Origin: a virus
Taxonomy: Duplodnaviria; Heunggongvirae; Uroviricota; Caudoviricetes
Strand: one strand, 5' to 3'
Length of the DNA stretch: 38,311 nucleotides
IMG/VR virus record: IMGVR_UViG_2534681700_000007
Coordinates: 1-38,311 of that record
In this document: positions 1-9,983 of the stretch, piece after piece
Numbering within the stretch: position 1 is the first letter of the stretch
Layout: every line of letters begins with the position of its first letter
Translations under genes and position numbers: made by a program
Notes under the pieces: generated by a model
Databases searched by the model: none
The model's input: only the letters and a program-made list of their open reading frames with translations
What the model was told of the DNA's origin: nothing

Positions 1-1236
1 CTACGATAACCGCGCATTCAACATGGCTATCTGTTCGTCGTTCATGTCATCAATCCACATACCGTAAATTTCATACACCATCTGCGCAGTTTCATGCCCC
101 ATTTGGCTGGCTATAAATGCCGGGTTCGCTCCTGCCGTCAACAGCCAGCAGGCAAAAGTATGCCGCGTATGGTACGGATTACGGCGGCGAATACCAGCAC
201 GTTTTACTGCTGCATTCCACCTTGCCCCCAAACTGCTTACCGAGTAATAAGGTTTTTGTTTTCCGTTACACACCCTGGGCATGAAAACAAAATGCAGTTT
301 TTGCTTTTCGGTTCTGCCGTACTCCCGATGATAAAAGGTGATTTCGCTTTTGCGATGATGCCCGGTCAGTTTGTATTGCTCCTTCAGTGCTTCAAGAGCA
401 GGCTGCAGTAGTGTTACTGTTCGGATCCCGGCATTTGTTTTTGGGGGACCGAACATATCAAGTATCGTCAGGTTTCTTCTGACATTCACTATTCCCTTTT
501 CGAGATCCACATCCTCCCACGCCAGAGCTGCCAGTTCCCCGTGACGAAGTCCTGAGTAAACGGCAAATTTCCACAAGTTCTGGCTCTGTCCTTTTTCACT
601 TTCCATTAATGCATTGAATTCTGTTTTAGATAACGGATCAGGCTTTATTCTGTTTCGCTGTAATTTTTTTACTCCTTCAAATGGTTTGGTTGATATAAAT
701 CCCGACTGATACGCAAAACGCAACAGCGAACAGAGCAGGGCGATATAGTTATCAACTGTGCGCACGGTTCTTCCTTTTTTGTTGGATCTTGGATTATCCA
801 GGTAAAGCGTTTCTCCATGCAGCAGTTCATTCCGGTAGTTTAAGATATCGCTATAACGAATATGTGATATCGGGGTACTTTCACAAATTATTATTCTGAG
901 TGTTTTTAATTGTGATTTCGTTTTCTTCATTGTGTTTGTTGTTAACTCTGTCTCTTTAATTTTTGTCCAGATATCACAAAGCTCTCCGAACGTTTTTATG
1001 ACTCTCGTTGTCACCATTTTTGCCCCAGTGCTGGACTGGGGAAAACGTCTTAAATACTCAAATTCACCGGAGTTTATTTCATGAACTATCAGCGCTCTTA
1101 AATTTCCGGCCTTTTTAATATTACTGTTTGTAATCTCCCAGCCTTTTAATGTTTCCCGACATCGTTTTCCTCGAAACATGAACCAGATGCGAATGTATCT
1201 ACCTCTAATCTCGACACCTGTTGGTAATTTAGACAT
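1..1236 (-). CDS. intR: Tyrosine-recombinase integrase (Rac-type), 411 aa; stop codon sits at window position 1-3
   Basis: Full ORF from the track; the translation beginning MSKLPTGVEIRGRYIRIWFMFRGKRCRETLKGW is recognised as Rac prophage integrase; the C-terminal part carries the R..HxxR..Y catalytic region typical of tyrosine recombinases. Confidence 0.9.
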   Translation of the reverse strand: MSKLPTGVEIRGRYIRIWFMFRGKRCRETLKGWEITNSNIKKAGNLRALIVHEINSGEFEYLRRFPQSSTGAKMVTTRVIKTFGELCDIWTKIKETELTTNTMKKTKSQLKTLRIIICESTPISHIRYSDILNYRNELLHGETLYLDNPRSNKKGRTVRTVDNYIALLCSLLRFAYQSGFISTKPFEGVKKLQRNRIKPDPLSKTEFNALMESEKGQSQNLWKFAVYSGLRHGELAALAWEDVDLEKGIVNVRRNLTILDMFGPPKTNAGIRTVTLLQPALEALKEQYKLTGHHRKSEITFYHREYGRTEKQKLHFVFMPRVCNGKQKPYYSVSSLGARWNAAVKRAGIRRRNPYHTRHTFACWLLTAGANPAFIASQMGHETAQMVYEIYGMWIDDMNDEQIAMLNARLS

Positions 1237-1237
1237 A

Positions 1238-1453
1238 TCATGAGTCTTTGATAAACTGATTTATCTTTGGATAGTTGTACCAGATAATCCCTCGTTTGCT
1301 GTCTGGCTTACCTAAAGGAGATACTCGTTTGAAGTGGAAGCCCTCCACCCAACAGTTCTGGCGGTATGCTTCAATTTGTCTGGCCCCCAGACCAGTGCGA
1401 AGCATCAGGCCGTATTCAACCATCCACTCTTCATTAAAGATTACTTGTGCCAT
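1238..1453 (-). CDS. xisR: Excisionase-like protein, 71 aa from internal Met [10 protein letters not shown]
   Basis: ORF 1238..1477 in the track; trimmed to the Met that gives the 71-aa YdaQ/XisR-like product; sits immediately upstream of int as in Rac. Confidence 0.7.
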   Translation of the reverse strand: MAQVIFNEEWMVEYGLMLRTGLGARQIEAYRQNCWVEGFHFKRVSPLGKPDSKRGIIWYNYPKINQFIKDS

Positions 1454-1531
1454 CGCATCACCTCTGGCAGGCGCCAATGTTAGACTGAAATTGACGCCCG
1501 ATGTTGATTATTAATAATCAGCTATGAAGTT

Positions 1532-1741
1532 TTAATTTGAATACAATGCAATTCTCGAGGACTGAAGTTTCTCGCAATTAAAATTTATCAGTTTTACTTT
1601 CTGCTCTCTGGAAACGCCTGCTTCTTTTTTACCTGAGAGCATTTTTTCGCATTCTGATTTCGTTAGTTTAGATTTTGAATATCTTGTCCAGTTAGTAGGA
1701 GTGCCACCTTCCTTTTCAATAGTGGCGGTAATTTTATACAT
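1532..1741 (-). CDS. ydaC: Small Rac protein YdaC-like, 69 aa from MYKITATIEKEGG
   Basis: ORF 1532..1813; the internal start gives a 69-aa product and an 8-nt overlap with ralR; position between xis and ralR. Confidence 0.55.
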   Translation of the reverse strand: MYKITATIEKEGGTPTNWTRYSKSKLTKSECEKMLSGKKEAGVSREQKVKLINFNCEKLQSSRIALYSN

Positions 1742-1928
1742 GAACACCTCCATTATTATTTCCAGTGGTTCGTTTATTCCATCTTTCGAGTGCTTCTTTT
1801 TCACTTCCACCATAACCGGTTCGGGATTCGCATCCGTTACACTTCGCTCGGTAATATCCTGAAATGGCTTTCACCGTTACTGATGGACAACCACAAAATG
1901 GACATGGTTTAACATTGTCATATCTCAT
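1734..1928 (-). CDS. ralR: Restriction-alleviation protein (Lar/RalR), 64 aa
   Basis: Translation MRYDNVKPCPFCGCPSVTVKAISGYYRAKCNGCESRTGYGGSEKEALERWNKR with a CxxC...CxxC zinc-ribbon pattern, recognised as RalR; sits upstream of recT. Confidence 0.8.
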   Translation of the reverse strand: MRYDNVKPCPFCGCPSVTVKAISGYYRAKCNGCESRTGYGGSEKEALERWNKRTTGNNNGGVHV

Positions 1929-1984
1929 AATTTTTCTCATAAAAAATATTTCAAGTTGGCGGTGCATTACACCGCCAGGCTGAA

Positions 1985-2794
1985 TTATTCCTCTGAATTA
2001 TCGATTACACTGTATTCCCCGGTTAATACAGAGGAATCTGCAGGATCGATTGTCAGTGGTTCCTTTTCATCCATTGATACTGCACGCTGGATCTCAATTG
2101 ATACGGGCAAATATTTGAACAGGCGACGAATAGCCGTTTTCTTTGCCATTTCTTCCCAGTGAGTTACCCACGGCCCGTTATTACCAGCTTTACTCAGGCT
2201 GCGCACCAGCTCAATCTGTTTGCGCGTCATAACTTCAAACTGAGTACCTCCGTCTTTCAGTCTTGCGACAGCATAGACGTGGGTAACCGGGGCATCTTCG
2301 TTTTCTCCCGGGCGGTGTATTAACTTTTCATCAAGGCCAAATTCGAAGCTAAACTCGTCACCTTCACGGACAACACGGGCTGACAGGCTGGCGATTTGAC
2401 CAGAACGGCGAGCCAGATCAATCATGCCGCGATAGCCAATGATTAGCTGAACGTTCTTTTTACCGCTCTTTTCGTTTTTATTACCAAAAGGCAGTAAATA
2501 TGCATGACCGAGGGCGCTACCTGGCTCAAGTCCGAGCTGTGAACACTGTACGATCGCACTGACAAAACTCATAGTGTCACAGTTTCCTAACGCCGGAACT
2601 TTACGAATTTCTGTGGTGGCGATACGGATCATACGTTCAGCCGTCATATGGCGTGGAAGAGCTGCTGCCAGTTGCTCTTTCATTGATGGCTGGTTAATAA
2701 AACTAATCACGTCGCTATTTTTAACTGCTGCTGGTGCACGATTTCCCTGAGTTTTTTGCAGATCGGCTTTTGCGATTGGTGGTTGCTTAGTCAT
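1985..2794 (-). CDS. recT: Single-strand annealing recombinase RecT, 269 aa
   Basis: ORF 1985..2851 trimmed to [21 protein letters not shown] (the RecT N-terminus); its start overlaps the recE stop by 8 nt. Confidence 0.9.
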   Translation of the reverse strand: MTKQPPIAKADLQKTQGNRAPAAVKNSDVISFINQPSMKEQLAAALPRHMTAERMIRIATTEIRKVPALGNCDTMSFVSAIVQCSQLGLEPGSALGHAYLLPFGNKNEKSGKKNVQLIIGYRGMIDLARRSGQIASLSARVVREGDEFSFEFGLDEKLIHRPGENEDAPVTHVYAVARLKDGGTQFEVMTRKQIELVRSLSKAGNNGPWVTHWEEMAKKTAIRRLFKYLPVSIEIQRAVSMDEKEPLTIDPADSSVLTGEYSVIDNSEE

Positions 2795-5387
2795 TTGCAT
2801 ATTCCTTAGCCCAGCGGGGCAGTGATAATGTCTTAATAGCTGGCCATTCATCGGTATTCAGGCAGTCAGACAGGGTTCGCAGATTGCGGTGATATTCCTG
2901 TTGACCTGCCAGTTTTGCTTCTTCGCCCATCATGAAAATTTCAACCGGATAACGTCCGCATTCAATAGTTGTGCTGGCAACCAGAAAAACGAAAGTTGGC
3001 TGCACTCCAAACTGTGCTTCATAACCGTCACTGTAGAATGCATCCTGAACGTGATAGCGGTAGTCGTAATAAGCGGTTTTGAATCGTTGAATATCCGCCG
3101 TAGTTTTCACGTCCATGATCCAGTGAAATTCAGGGATAATTTTGTCCGGACGGCACCGACACAAAATTCCTGTTTCAGGATCTTCCCAGTAAATTGATGA
3201 TTCAGCGTGTCCGGCGCTTTCAACAAGCCATTGCCCCAGCGGCAAAGCCATAACGCTTTGATACATGAGTTCAATTTTCCGGCCTTCTTCCGCAGTGATA
3301 ACCGTTTTTCCTGTGCTTGCGCATTCCATCAGAAACGCTTTCTCTTCTTCTTTTCCGGCGTTTGTACGGCGGTTAAATTCAGGTGCTACGATAAAGCGGT
3401 TACTGAATTCTTCCGGTTCAAGTACCCGGCAGTGGAAAGCAGTTCCTAAATCGAGCGTTTTTGTCTTTGTGGTGTCCACGGGGGCATTTTTACGCCACAA
3501 ATATAGTGCCGGAGTATCAGCAATGTCATCGAGCTGAGACTTACTGATACCGGGACCCGCGTGGTAATTCTCATTCGAAATTCCGTAATAAATACCTGGC
3601 TCTATGTCTTCTACGATTACGGGATCTGCGACTTCGCCAGTTTCATCACTGCAATCGCGATGCGGATCGCTGCCAGCATTCTCATTGTGCGGATGTTCAG
3701 CGCCTTCCATTTCCTCCGGATCATTTTCCTTAGCTTCAACCTGACTCTCTTCATCGAATGTTTCCTGGTATGTTGCGTCGCCCATCACCGCACCACAGTC
3801 AGGGCAGTTATCCCCGCCAGTCTGGCCGCAGGCATTGCAGGCTATTTCCGGTTCCTGTTGCACTACTGGCTCAGGTTGATTCATATCCGGGCTGGTTTTT
3901 TCCGTTTCTGGCTGGTTCTGGTACACACAATCGCGAGTCTGGATCCCCTTTACCCATTTCGGATCGTTCGGGTCGCTAATTCCGTCAACAAATTCATCAC
4001 GTGATGCAGCAAGCAATTTATCGGCATCGACAGGATTTTTTGATGGAATGTTTTTCCGGGCTTTATGGAGTTCTGCCCGCAGTTCCTGATATTTCGCATC
4101 AACAGAATTTACCTGTGACTGAGCATCCAGCGGCTGCGTGTCCTGATGATGTTCAGTTGCGTCCGGTTCCATTGTTTCAGCCTCTCCCTGTTCAACTGCC
4201 GTTGTTCCAGATGGTTGCGGTTTTTCTTCATCATCCTGTTTTCCTTCTTCTGTTACTCGCTGCGGCATCGGGGCAGAGGAGCGACCGCAGGCAATATCCA
4301 CGATTTCCGGATCAGGGTTGGCATGATCGGTTTCAGTCAGTACTTTGTTCAGATATTCAGTGACGTGCGCGGGGATGACCTCGATCCCAATTGGTGCTTC
4401 TTTTACGGACGCAACCACGATGGCGCGGGAATAATCCAGCCCGCCAGGCATGGTGATGAATTTGTCGCGGAAAACAGAAAAGGGCGGTTTATTTTCAGCG
4501 ATAATTTCCTCAATGCGTTTAGCGTGTGCCGGATGAAGGTTATAGATGTCCAGATCCATTGAACGGGCCAGTACGCCAGTGGCTACGTCGCGCGCCAGTG
4601 ACGTCAGATCGTGTACGAAACCTTCGCCGCGATCGGTGAGGTTTCCGCCGCCAGCATTAGCACCGGAAGCCGTGCGAGTGATGTGTGAAACACGATTACC
4701 CTTCATCCACTCTTTTGTCAGCAGTCCTCGATCGGTGTAGTCAGCGTTCAGGTATGCTTCGAAAAAAGCAGTTATCAGTCCCAGGTTTGAATTACCAGGA
4801 TTAGGGAAAACTTTGTCAGTGTCACGAACCAGTTTGTGGAGTTCGCGAATTTCCAGCGGGTCGAGCAGGCTGGTTTTGTGGGAAACAGCCAGGGCAGTAA
4901 CAGCCGGTAGTTCTTCAGCCCGAGCAATGTGTAATGCCTGGAGTCCGTCGCGTGAAACGTGCGTTACCGGTTTTTCGCTGCCGTGTTGAGCAAGCCAACG
5001 AATGGGCAGTTCCTGGCCAGAAATTGGGAGTAGCATATTCTCCTCAATCTCAGTCATGTCTTCGCCGTTGACGTTGGTATTGCCTTGATAGTGAGCGTTG
5101 TCTGGTGCTGCTCCCGGTTTTAGTTCCCATGTCATGGAGTCTTTGCTGAGTTGATAGCGTTCACTCCAGGTAAAATCGATCTCACCTTCAGCGGGCAGGT
5201 CATTAACGACAGGAAAATTCGTGGCAACAGCTTTAAAATAGCTGCTCAGTTTTTTACCTGACTTAACGATCAGGTAGTCCAGAGTGGCACAGGTCGATTC
5301 AAAATCGTTGCTTGCCCACAGGACGACGTCAGGTTCACCGGATGATTTTTTCGCTTTCCGTAACAGGAAGAGTGGTTTTGTGCTCAT
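2787..5387 (-). CDS. recE: Exodeoxyribonuclease VIII RecE, 866 aa
   Basis: 866-aa ORF immediately upstream of, and overlapping, recT; length and the C-terminal nuclease region match RecE of Rac. Confidence 0.9.
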   Translation of the reverse strand: MSTKPLFLLRKAKKSSGEPDVVLWASNDFESTCATLDYLIVKSGKKLSSYFKAVATNFPVVNDLPAEGEIDFTWSERYQLSKDSMTWELKPGAAPDNAHYQGNTNVNGEDMTEIEENMLLPISGQELPIRWLAQHGSEKPVTHVSRDGLQALHIARAEELPAVTALAVSHKTSLLDPLEIRELHKLVRDTDKVFPNPGNSNLGLITAFFEAYLNADYTDRGLLTKEWMKGNRVSHITRTASGANAGGGNLTDRGEGFVHDLTSLARDVATGVLARSMDLDIYNLHPAHAKRIEEIIAENKPPFSVFRDKFITMPGGLDYSRAIVVASVKEAPIGIEVIPAHVTEYLNKVLTETDHANPDPEIVDIACGRSSAPMPQRVTEEGKQDDEEKPQPSGTTAVEQGEAETMEPDATEHHQDTQPLDAQSQVNSVDAKYQELRAELHKARKNIPSKNPVDADKLLAASRDEFVDGISDPNDPKWVKGIQTRDCVYQNQPETEKTSPDMNQPEPVVQQEPEIACNACGQTGGDNCPDCGAVMGDATYQETFDEESQVEAKENDPEEMEGAEHPHNENAGSDPHRDCSDETGEVADPVIVEDIEPGIYYGISNENYHAGPGISKSQLDDIADTPALYLWRKNAPVDTTKTKTLDLGTAFHCRVLEPEEFSNRFIVAPEFNRRTNAGKEEEKAFLMECASTGKTVITAEEGRKIELMYQSVMALPLGQWLVESAGHAESSIYWEDPETGILCRCRPDKIIPEFHWIMDVKTTADIQRFKTAYYDYRYHVQDAFYSDGYEAQFGVQPTFVFLVASTTIECGRYPVEIFMMGEEAKLAGQQEYHRNLRTLSDCLNTDEWPAIKTLSLPRWAKEYAND

Positions 5388-5488
5388 TGTTTTTTAACCT
5401 CAACTCAGATTAAAATTCGTTTTGTTCAGTGAATGATCTTGCCGGATACACACTGTTCATAGCCTGCGCCATACGCAGGCTATTTCTT

Positions 5489-5764
5489 TCAGATTTCACC
5501 TTTTAATTTCATTGCAATTAGAGTTGCCAGAAATTCGGCTTTTTTTTCTGCGGGCAGATTCTTTCCGATATGCACCAGGCACATTTTTTTGACACCTTCA
5601 TCAAGTGTTTTTACGTTGCCTGATGGACCATCGATATCAACCACAGTGAATGGGGTTTCTTTATTTTCTGTTTTAATTACGTAGCCAATGCGCTTTCCTT
5701 CCAGATTCACCTCGTGAACAATGTCATCGGTAGTTACAACAGTGGCTTCATAATTGGTAATCAT
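5489..5764 (-). CDS. racC: RacC, 91 aa from MITNYEATVVTTDDIV
   Basis: ORF 5489..5812 trimmed to the internal Met; recognised as RacC. Confidence 0.75.
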   Translation of the reverse strand: MITNYEATVVTTDDIVHEVNLEGKRIGYVIKTENKETPFTVVDIDGPSGNVKTLDEGVKKMCLVHIGKNLPAEKKAEFLATLIAMKLKGEI

Positions 5765-5838
5765 GTTTTTCTCCTTAATTAAGGTTGAGCGAATACCTGC
5801 CATTTCTGGCATAAATTCAGTTTCGAATAGTCAATTAA

Positions 5839-6009
5839 TTAAAGTTCATGTGCCATCTGGTCTTTTTCGGCACAAGCTTCACTGCAATATTTTCTCGGTT
5901 CGTCTTTTGATAAAATCCCGTGCATGAAGTGAAGCATTCTTTCAATAGCTTTGCTTTCTTCAACGTCTTTTTTGCAAAGGTGGTAAGCACATTTTATTTT
6001 CTTAGTCAT
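5839..6009 (-). CDS. ydaE: Small Cys-rich protein YdaE-like, 56 aa ([56 protein letters not shown])
   Basis: Not in the ORF track (under 60 aa); translated by hand from the minus strand. Its start codon overlaps the kilR stop; four Cys in CxxxxC...CxxxC spacing. Confidence 0.55.
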   Translation of the reverse strand: MTKKIKCAYHLCKKDVEESKAIERMLHFMHGILSKDEPRKYCSEACAEKDQMAHEL

Positions 6010-6230
6010 CACCATGACTCCGCCTTTACAGGTAAACCATCACGACCGAGGAAGACTTTAATCATGCGGTCAGTAATGCATGTTTTTGTGGTCAGGTTAC
6101 GAATATATAGTTTTCGCTTTTTAATATTGTTTGCCGAGGCAATATATGTCCGGCCTTCATGAAGAACATAATCGCCAGGAGTCACACACTGACGTGGTAT
6201 TTCATCAGTTCCGAAGTGATGTGCAATCAT
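6009..6230 (-). CDS. kilR: Cell-division inhibitor KilR, 73 aa from [16 protein letters not shown]
   Basis: ORF 6009..6242 trimmed to the internal Met; recognised as KilR. Confidence 0.8.
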   Translation of the reverse strand: MIAHHFGTDEIPRQCVTPGDYVLHEGRTYIASANNIKKRKLYIRNLTTKTCITDRMIKVFLGRDGLPVKAESW

Positions 6231-6671
6231 AATTATCTCCATTTTTACAAATGAACTTTGTTGATGCGGTGCCTGGTGCCTCCAGGTGACTGCAACCAGT
6301 TAACAATTACAGTCGGCTTTCCCACCCAAACCAATAAGGACTAACATGACTTTTAACTGTGCCACGTGCGCTTAGCCGCATTCACCGCATCACAAAATTC
6401 ACTTTAAAAAGGGCGGACATCAGCCGAACTTCAAGAAAAAAACTGATGCCGCCAGGACTACACACAGCAATGTCGTTATTTACAACCGGAGGCGCACTCC
6501 CACCATTTAAATTTAACAGACAAGACCGACTCTTTATGGATATCGGAAATGCGCCTTCGTGTTGTGCCCGGTTTTATTTCACCACCTCCGGGCTTCGGTG
6601 GTCTCGGCTATACCCCTACAGCGAGAGCTTGTGTTAACATTTCAATACCCTTACAGTTGAGAGTTATTGAT

Positions 6672-7160
6672 ATGTTGGATGTATTTACTCCATTGTTGAA
6701 ACTTTTTGCTAACGAGCCACTCGAAAGACTTATGTATACGATTATCATTTTTGGTCTCACTCTCTGGCTGATACCGAAAGAGTTTACTGTCGCATTCAAC
6801 GCTTATACTGAAATACCTTGGCTCTTTCAGATTATCGTTTTTGCCTTTTCTTTCGTGGTCGCCATTTCCTTCTCAAGATTGCGAGCACATATTCAAAAGC
6901 ATTATTCATTACTACCAGAGCAACGAGTATTGCTTCGTTTATCTGAGAAAGAAATCGCTGTATTTAAAGATTTCCTTAAAACAGGAAATCTTATTATCAC
7001 TTCTCCTTGCCGTAACCCGGTTATGAAAAAATTAGAACGGAAGGGCATCATTCAACATCAGAGTGATAGCGCAAACTGTTCTTATTATCTCGTCACCGAA
7101 AAATACTCCCATTTTATGAAGTTATTCTGGAACAGCAGGAGTAGACGTTTTAATCGTTAG
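6672..7160 (+). CDS. sieB: Superinfection exclusion protein SieB, 162 aa from MLDVFTPLLKLFANEP
   Basis: ORF 6549..7160 trimmed to the ATG at 6672; two predicted transmembrane helices near the N-terminus; recognised as SieB. Confidence 0.8.
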   Translation: MLDVFTPLLKLFANEPLERLMYTIIIFGLTLWLIPKEFTVAFNAYTEIPWLFQIIVFAFSFVVAISFSRLRAHIQKHYSLLPEQRVLLRLSEKEIAVFKDFLKTGNLIITSPCRNPVMKKLERKGIIQHQSDSANCSYYLVTEKYSHFMKLFWNSRSRRFNR

Positions 7161-7312
7161 CTTACTGTGTGCTTCTTCAACCATCGGCGCGCACCAGTTT
7201 CGGTTTTAAATGTTTTGCTTTTGGTATACGTCATGGCAGTGAACGTTCCATCCTGGTTGGGGAACACGCCGCACACCAGGGATTCGTTGTTGCCGAGGTC
7301 GATTTTTTGCAT
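7157..7312 (-). CDS. ydaF: Small protein YdaF-like, 51 aa (MQKIDLGNNESLVCGVFPNQDGTFTAMTYTKSKTFKTETGARRWLKKHTVS)
   Basis: Hand-translated small minus-strand ORF; its stop overlaps the sieB stop; position matches ydaF in Rac. Confidence 0.45.
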   Translation of the reverse strand: MQKIDLGNNESLVCGVFPNQDGTFTAMTYTKSKTFKTETGARRWLKKHTVS

Positions 7313-7322
7313 TTTGCGAATC

Positions 7323-7457
7323 TCACATCTTGTTGCTACGTATAGCGACTTCTGCCTGCCAGAGATCCCAGTCGTTGCTGCGTAAAGCCTGCACAGCCTG
7401 GTTGTAAGTGATACCGCAACAATCCATCAAATACTGAACTACTTCGTAATGCACCAT
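7323..7457 (-). CDS. ydaG: Small protein YdaG-like, 44 aa (MVHYEVVQYLMDCCGITYNQAVQALRSNDWDLWQAEVAIRSNKM)
   Basis: Hand-translated small minus-strand ORF directly downstream of the leftward promoter module at 7627-7655. Confidence 0.45.
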   Translation of the reverse strand: MVHYEVVQYLMDCCGITYNQAVQALRSNDWDLWQAEVAIRSNKM

Positions 7458-7626
7458 CTTATCTCTCCCCTTAACGCCGGGTGGCGGAACTAACTACTGC
7501 ACTGCAAAATTTGAATCCCGCCGTCATGTTCATACGCCTCGGGCTGGCTACTTAACCCCTTACCACTGCCTGGTAACTCGAAGTATTGCCCGGCGTTCTG
7601 TGGGGCGGGGTGGGTGGTATGCTGGA

Positions 7627-7672
7627 ACTATAGGTAATGCCTAATTGATTGTCAATAGGCTATGCCTAATGT
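7627..7672 (-). promoter_or_regulatory. Leftward (PL-like) promoter/operator module downstream of racR: minus-strand -35 TTGACA (7655..7650), 17-bp spacer, -10 TATAGT (7632..7627), with GCCTAAT/ATTAGGC repeats
   Basis: Read directly from the sequence. Its reverse complement (CATTAGGCATAGCCTATTGACAAT...) is nearly identical to the rightward module at 8291-8339. Confidence 0.45.
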
Positions 7673-7765
7673 TTTGAGCGTAACCTAATAGGTGATGGCG
7701 ACAGCAGAAAGTGATGGGGGGGTTAAATAACGGAATCCAGGAGTTTTCCGTCAGACCATATAAGT

Positions 7766-8242
7766 TTAAGTTCCAGTTTTTGTGATGTTCTGGCTTTTCC
7801 GTTCAGATTCTAGAGCTTTCAGATACTTACCCACTTTCATTTCCATCGCTGCTATATAGGCGCGAACATCGTGGTCAACCCAATCTGGTTCTGTAGCATT
7901 TCCAGATAACAGGAAAGCTACAATCGCTCTTATTTCATCAGAGGCTGCTTGATAAAGGTTGTTTATATCTAAAATTTCACTTTTTGTATCTGAATTGGTG
8001 GGGGTTGGTATGGGGTATTCGTTAAGCCCCCAATGCTCTGGACCAACAACATCAGAAAAGAAACGCCATAATTCTGGAAGTTTATCTTTACTTATAGAGC
8101 CTTTCTTAATCCAGTCATAAATTGATGGTGGTTGGACTTTGAAGTGGCGTGCGACCTCCGCCTTTGATTTGACGGATCCCGATGCGATTTTTTTGTTAAT
8201 GGCCTGCTCTATCGCTCGGCCTAAGTCTTTACCACTAAGCAT
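7766..8242 (-). CDS. racR: Prophage repressor RacR, 158 aa
   Basis: ORF in the track; N-terminal helix-turn-helix region (QPPSIYDWIKKGS); recognised as RacR; divergent from ydaS. Confidence 0.85.
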   Translation of the reverse strand: MLSGKDLGRAIEQAINKKIASGSVKSKAEVARHFKVQPPSIYDWIKKGSISKDKLPELWRFFSDVVGPEHWGLNEYPIPTPTNSDTKSEILDINNLYQAASDEIRAIVAFLLSGNATEPDWVDHDVRAYIAAMEMKVGKYLKALESERKSQNITKTGT

Positions 8243-8290
8243 TGCTTAATATTCTCCTATGCGCATTACATTAGGCAATCCCTACCCTTA

Positions 8291-8339
8291 CCGCATTAGG
8301 CACAGCCTATTGACAATTGCGTTAGGCGTCGCCTAATAT
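8291..8339 (+). promoter_or_regulatory. Rightward (PR-like) promoter/operator for ydaS: -35 TTGACA at 8310..8315, perfect 15-bp palindrome TTAGGCGTCGCCTAA at 8322..8336 across the spacer and -10
   Basis: Read directly from the sequence; the palindrome position is typical of a repressor operator overlapping the promoter. Confidence 0.45.
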
Positions 8340-8365
8340 TTCTGTGTGTTTTTGGAGTTCATTCG

Positions 8366-8662
8366 ATGAAAAAAGAGAACTATTCATTCAAGCAAGCTTG
8401 TGCTGTTGTCGGTGGGCAATCAGCAATGGCTAGGCTTTTAGGTGTATCACCTCCAAGCGTAAATCAATGGATCAAAGGGGTACGTCAATTGCCTGCCGAG
8501 AGATGTCCAGCAATTGAACGTGCAACAAGAGGTGAGGTTCTGTGCGAAGAACTTCGTCCTGATATTGACTGGTCATATTTACGACGTTCGGCATGTTGTT
8601 CGCAGAATATGTCAGTGAAGCAACTAAATGACAGTAACAAATCCTCATTTGATCATACCTGA
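8366..8662 (+). CDS. ydaS: Cro-like HTH protein YdaS, 98 aa
   Basis: ORF in the track; HTH signature (QSAMARLLGVSPPSVNQWIKG); first gene of the rightward operon divergent from racR. Confidence 0.8.
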   Translation: MKKENYSFKQACAVVGGQSAMARLLGVSPPSVNQWIKGVRQLPAERCPAIERATRGEVLCEELRPDIDWSYLRRSACCSQNMSVKQLNDSNKSSFDHT

Positions 8663-8684
8663 AACATCAAGAGGCAAATGATTC

Positions 8685-9107
8685 ATGAAAATCAAGCATG
8701 AGCACATCGAATCAGTGTTGTTAGCCCTGGCTGCTGAAAAAGGGCAGGCATGGGTAGCCAATGCCATTACTGAAGAATATCTGCGCCAGGGGGGCGGCGA
8801 ATTGCCCCTGGTACCAGGCAAGGACTGGAACAATCAGCAGAATATCTATCACCGTTGGTTGAAAGGTGAAACGAAAGCGCAAAGGGAAAAAATTCAGAAA
8901 CTGATCCCTGCGGTTCTGGCAATCCTTCCGCGCGAGCTGCGTCACCGACTCTGCATCTTCGATACCCTGGAACGCCGTGCATTACTGGCGGCGCAGGAAG
9001 CGTTAAGTACGGCAATTGATGCGCATGATGATGCAGTCCAGGCCGTTTACCGGAAAGCGCATTTCAGCGGCGGCGGGTCTTCCGACGATTCTGTCATTGT
9101 TCATTAA
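8685..9107 (+). CDS. ydaT: YdaT, 140 aa (toxic/CII-like partner of YdaS)
   Basis: ORF in the track, immediately downstream of ydaS; recognised as YdaT. Confidence 0.75.
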   Translation: MKIKHEHIESVLLALAAEKGQAWVANAITEEYLRQGGGELPLVPGKDWNNQQNIYHRWLKGETKAQREKIQKLIPAVLAILPRELRHRLCIFDTLERRALLAAQEALSTAIDAHDDAVQAVYRKAHFSGGGSSDDSVIVH

Positions 9108-9119
9108 GCAAAAGTTTCC

Positions 9120-9977
9120 ATGCTGTTTGTGCTTATTCTAAGCAACCGGGCAGCATCATACGGGGCAATTATGGCCGCATTACCATACATGCAACTGTAC
9201 ATAGCTGATTACCTGGCTGACACCATGCATTTGTCAGCAGAGGAGCATGGTGCGTATTTGTTGCTGATGTTCAATTACTGGCAAACAGGAAAGCCAATAC
9301 CTAAAAACAGGCTGGCAAAAATTGCCCGTCTGACTAACGAGCGATGGGCTGATGTTGAACCATCCTTGCAGGAGTTTTTTTGCGATAACGGCGAGGAATG
9401 GGTGCATCTTCGGATTGAGGAAGATCTGGCATCAGTCAGGGAAAAATTAACCAAAAAATCAGCCGCAGGAAAAGCATCTGTTCAGGCCAGAAGAAGCAGA
9501 AAGGAAGCAGATGTTCAAACAAAACAAGAGAGAAATTTAACAGGTGTTCAAACAGATGTTGAAGTGGTGTTTGAACATGATGTCAACACAAAGGCAACTA
9601 ATAAAGATACAGATAAAGATCTAAAAAAAGATCCCCCCCTAAATCCCCCCCGGGGGAATCGAGGTGTCAAAAAGTTTGACCCTCTGGATATTGCTTTGCC
9701 GAACTGGATTTCTGTCTCGCTTTGGCGTGAGTGGGTTGAATTTCGCCAGGCATTGCGTAAACCGATTCGAACGGAGCAGGGTGCTAACGGGGCGATACGG
9801 GAGCTGGAAAAATTCCGCCAGCAGGGTTTTTCACCTGAGCAGGTGATTCGACACAGCATCGCCAATGAATACCAGGGCTTGTTCGCGCCAAAAGGTGTTC
9901 GACCTGAGACGTTACTCCGACAGGTTAACACCGTCTCGTTACCGGATAGTGCGATCCCGCCAGGCTTCAGGGGGTAA
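9120..9977 (+). CDS. ydaU: Replication protein YdaU (DUF1376-type), 285 aa
   Basis: ORF in the track; sits upstream of the DnaC-like gene, the expected place for a replication initiator. Confidence 0.7.
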   Translation: MLFVLILSNRAASYGAIMAALPYMQLYIADYLADTMHLSAEEHGAYLLLMFNYWQTGKPIPKNRLAKIARLTNERWADVEPSLQEFFCDNGEEWVHLRIEEDLASVREKLTKKSAAGKASVQARRSRKEADVQTKQERNLTGVQTDVEVVFEHDVNTKATNKDTDKDLKKDPPLNPPRGNRGVKKFDPLDIALPNWISVSLWREWVEFRQALRKPIRTEQGANGAIRELEKFRQQGFSPEQVIRHSIANEYQGLFAPKGVRPETLLRQVNTVSLPDSAIPPGFRG

Positions 9978-9983
9978 CTGACC

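Noticed and set aside
94-411. Plus-strand 105-aa ORF inside the integrase gene
   Set aside because: Antisense to intR with no start context.
2889-5000. Multiple plus-strand ORFs of 64-147 aa inside recE (e.g. 2889..3197, 3561..4004, 4146..4562)
   Set aside because: All are antisense to an 866-aa gene with a recognised product, and have low-complexity or Cys/Phe-rich translations and no ribosome-binding sites; treated as chance ORFs.
6359-6671. ORF 6359..6637 and the N-terminal extension of the sieB ORF from 6549
   Set aside because: The sieB product is placed at the ATG at 6672; the upstream extension and the overlapping 92-aa ORF have no support and lie in the promoter region.
7167-7385. 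Plus-strand 72-aa ORF overlapping ydaF and ydaG
   Set aside because: The two small minus-strand ORFs fit the Rac gene order and the leftward promoter; the plus-strand ORF is antisense to both.
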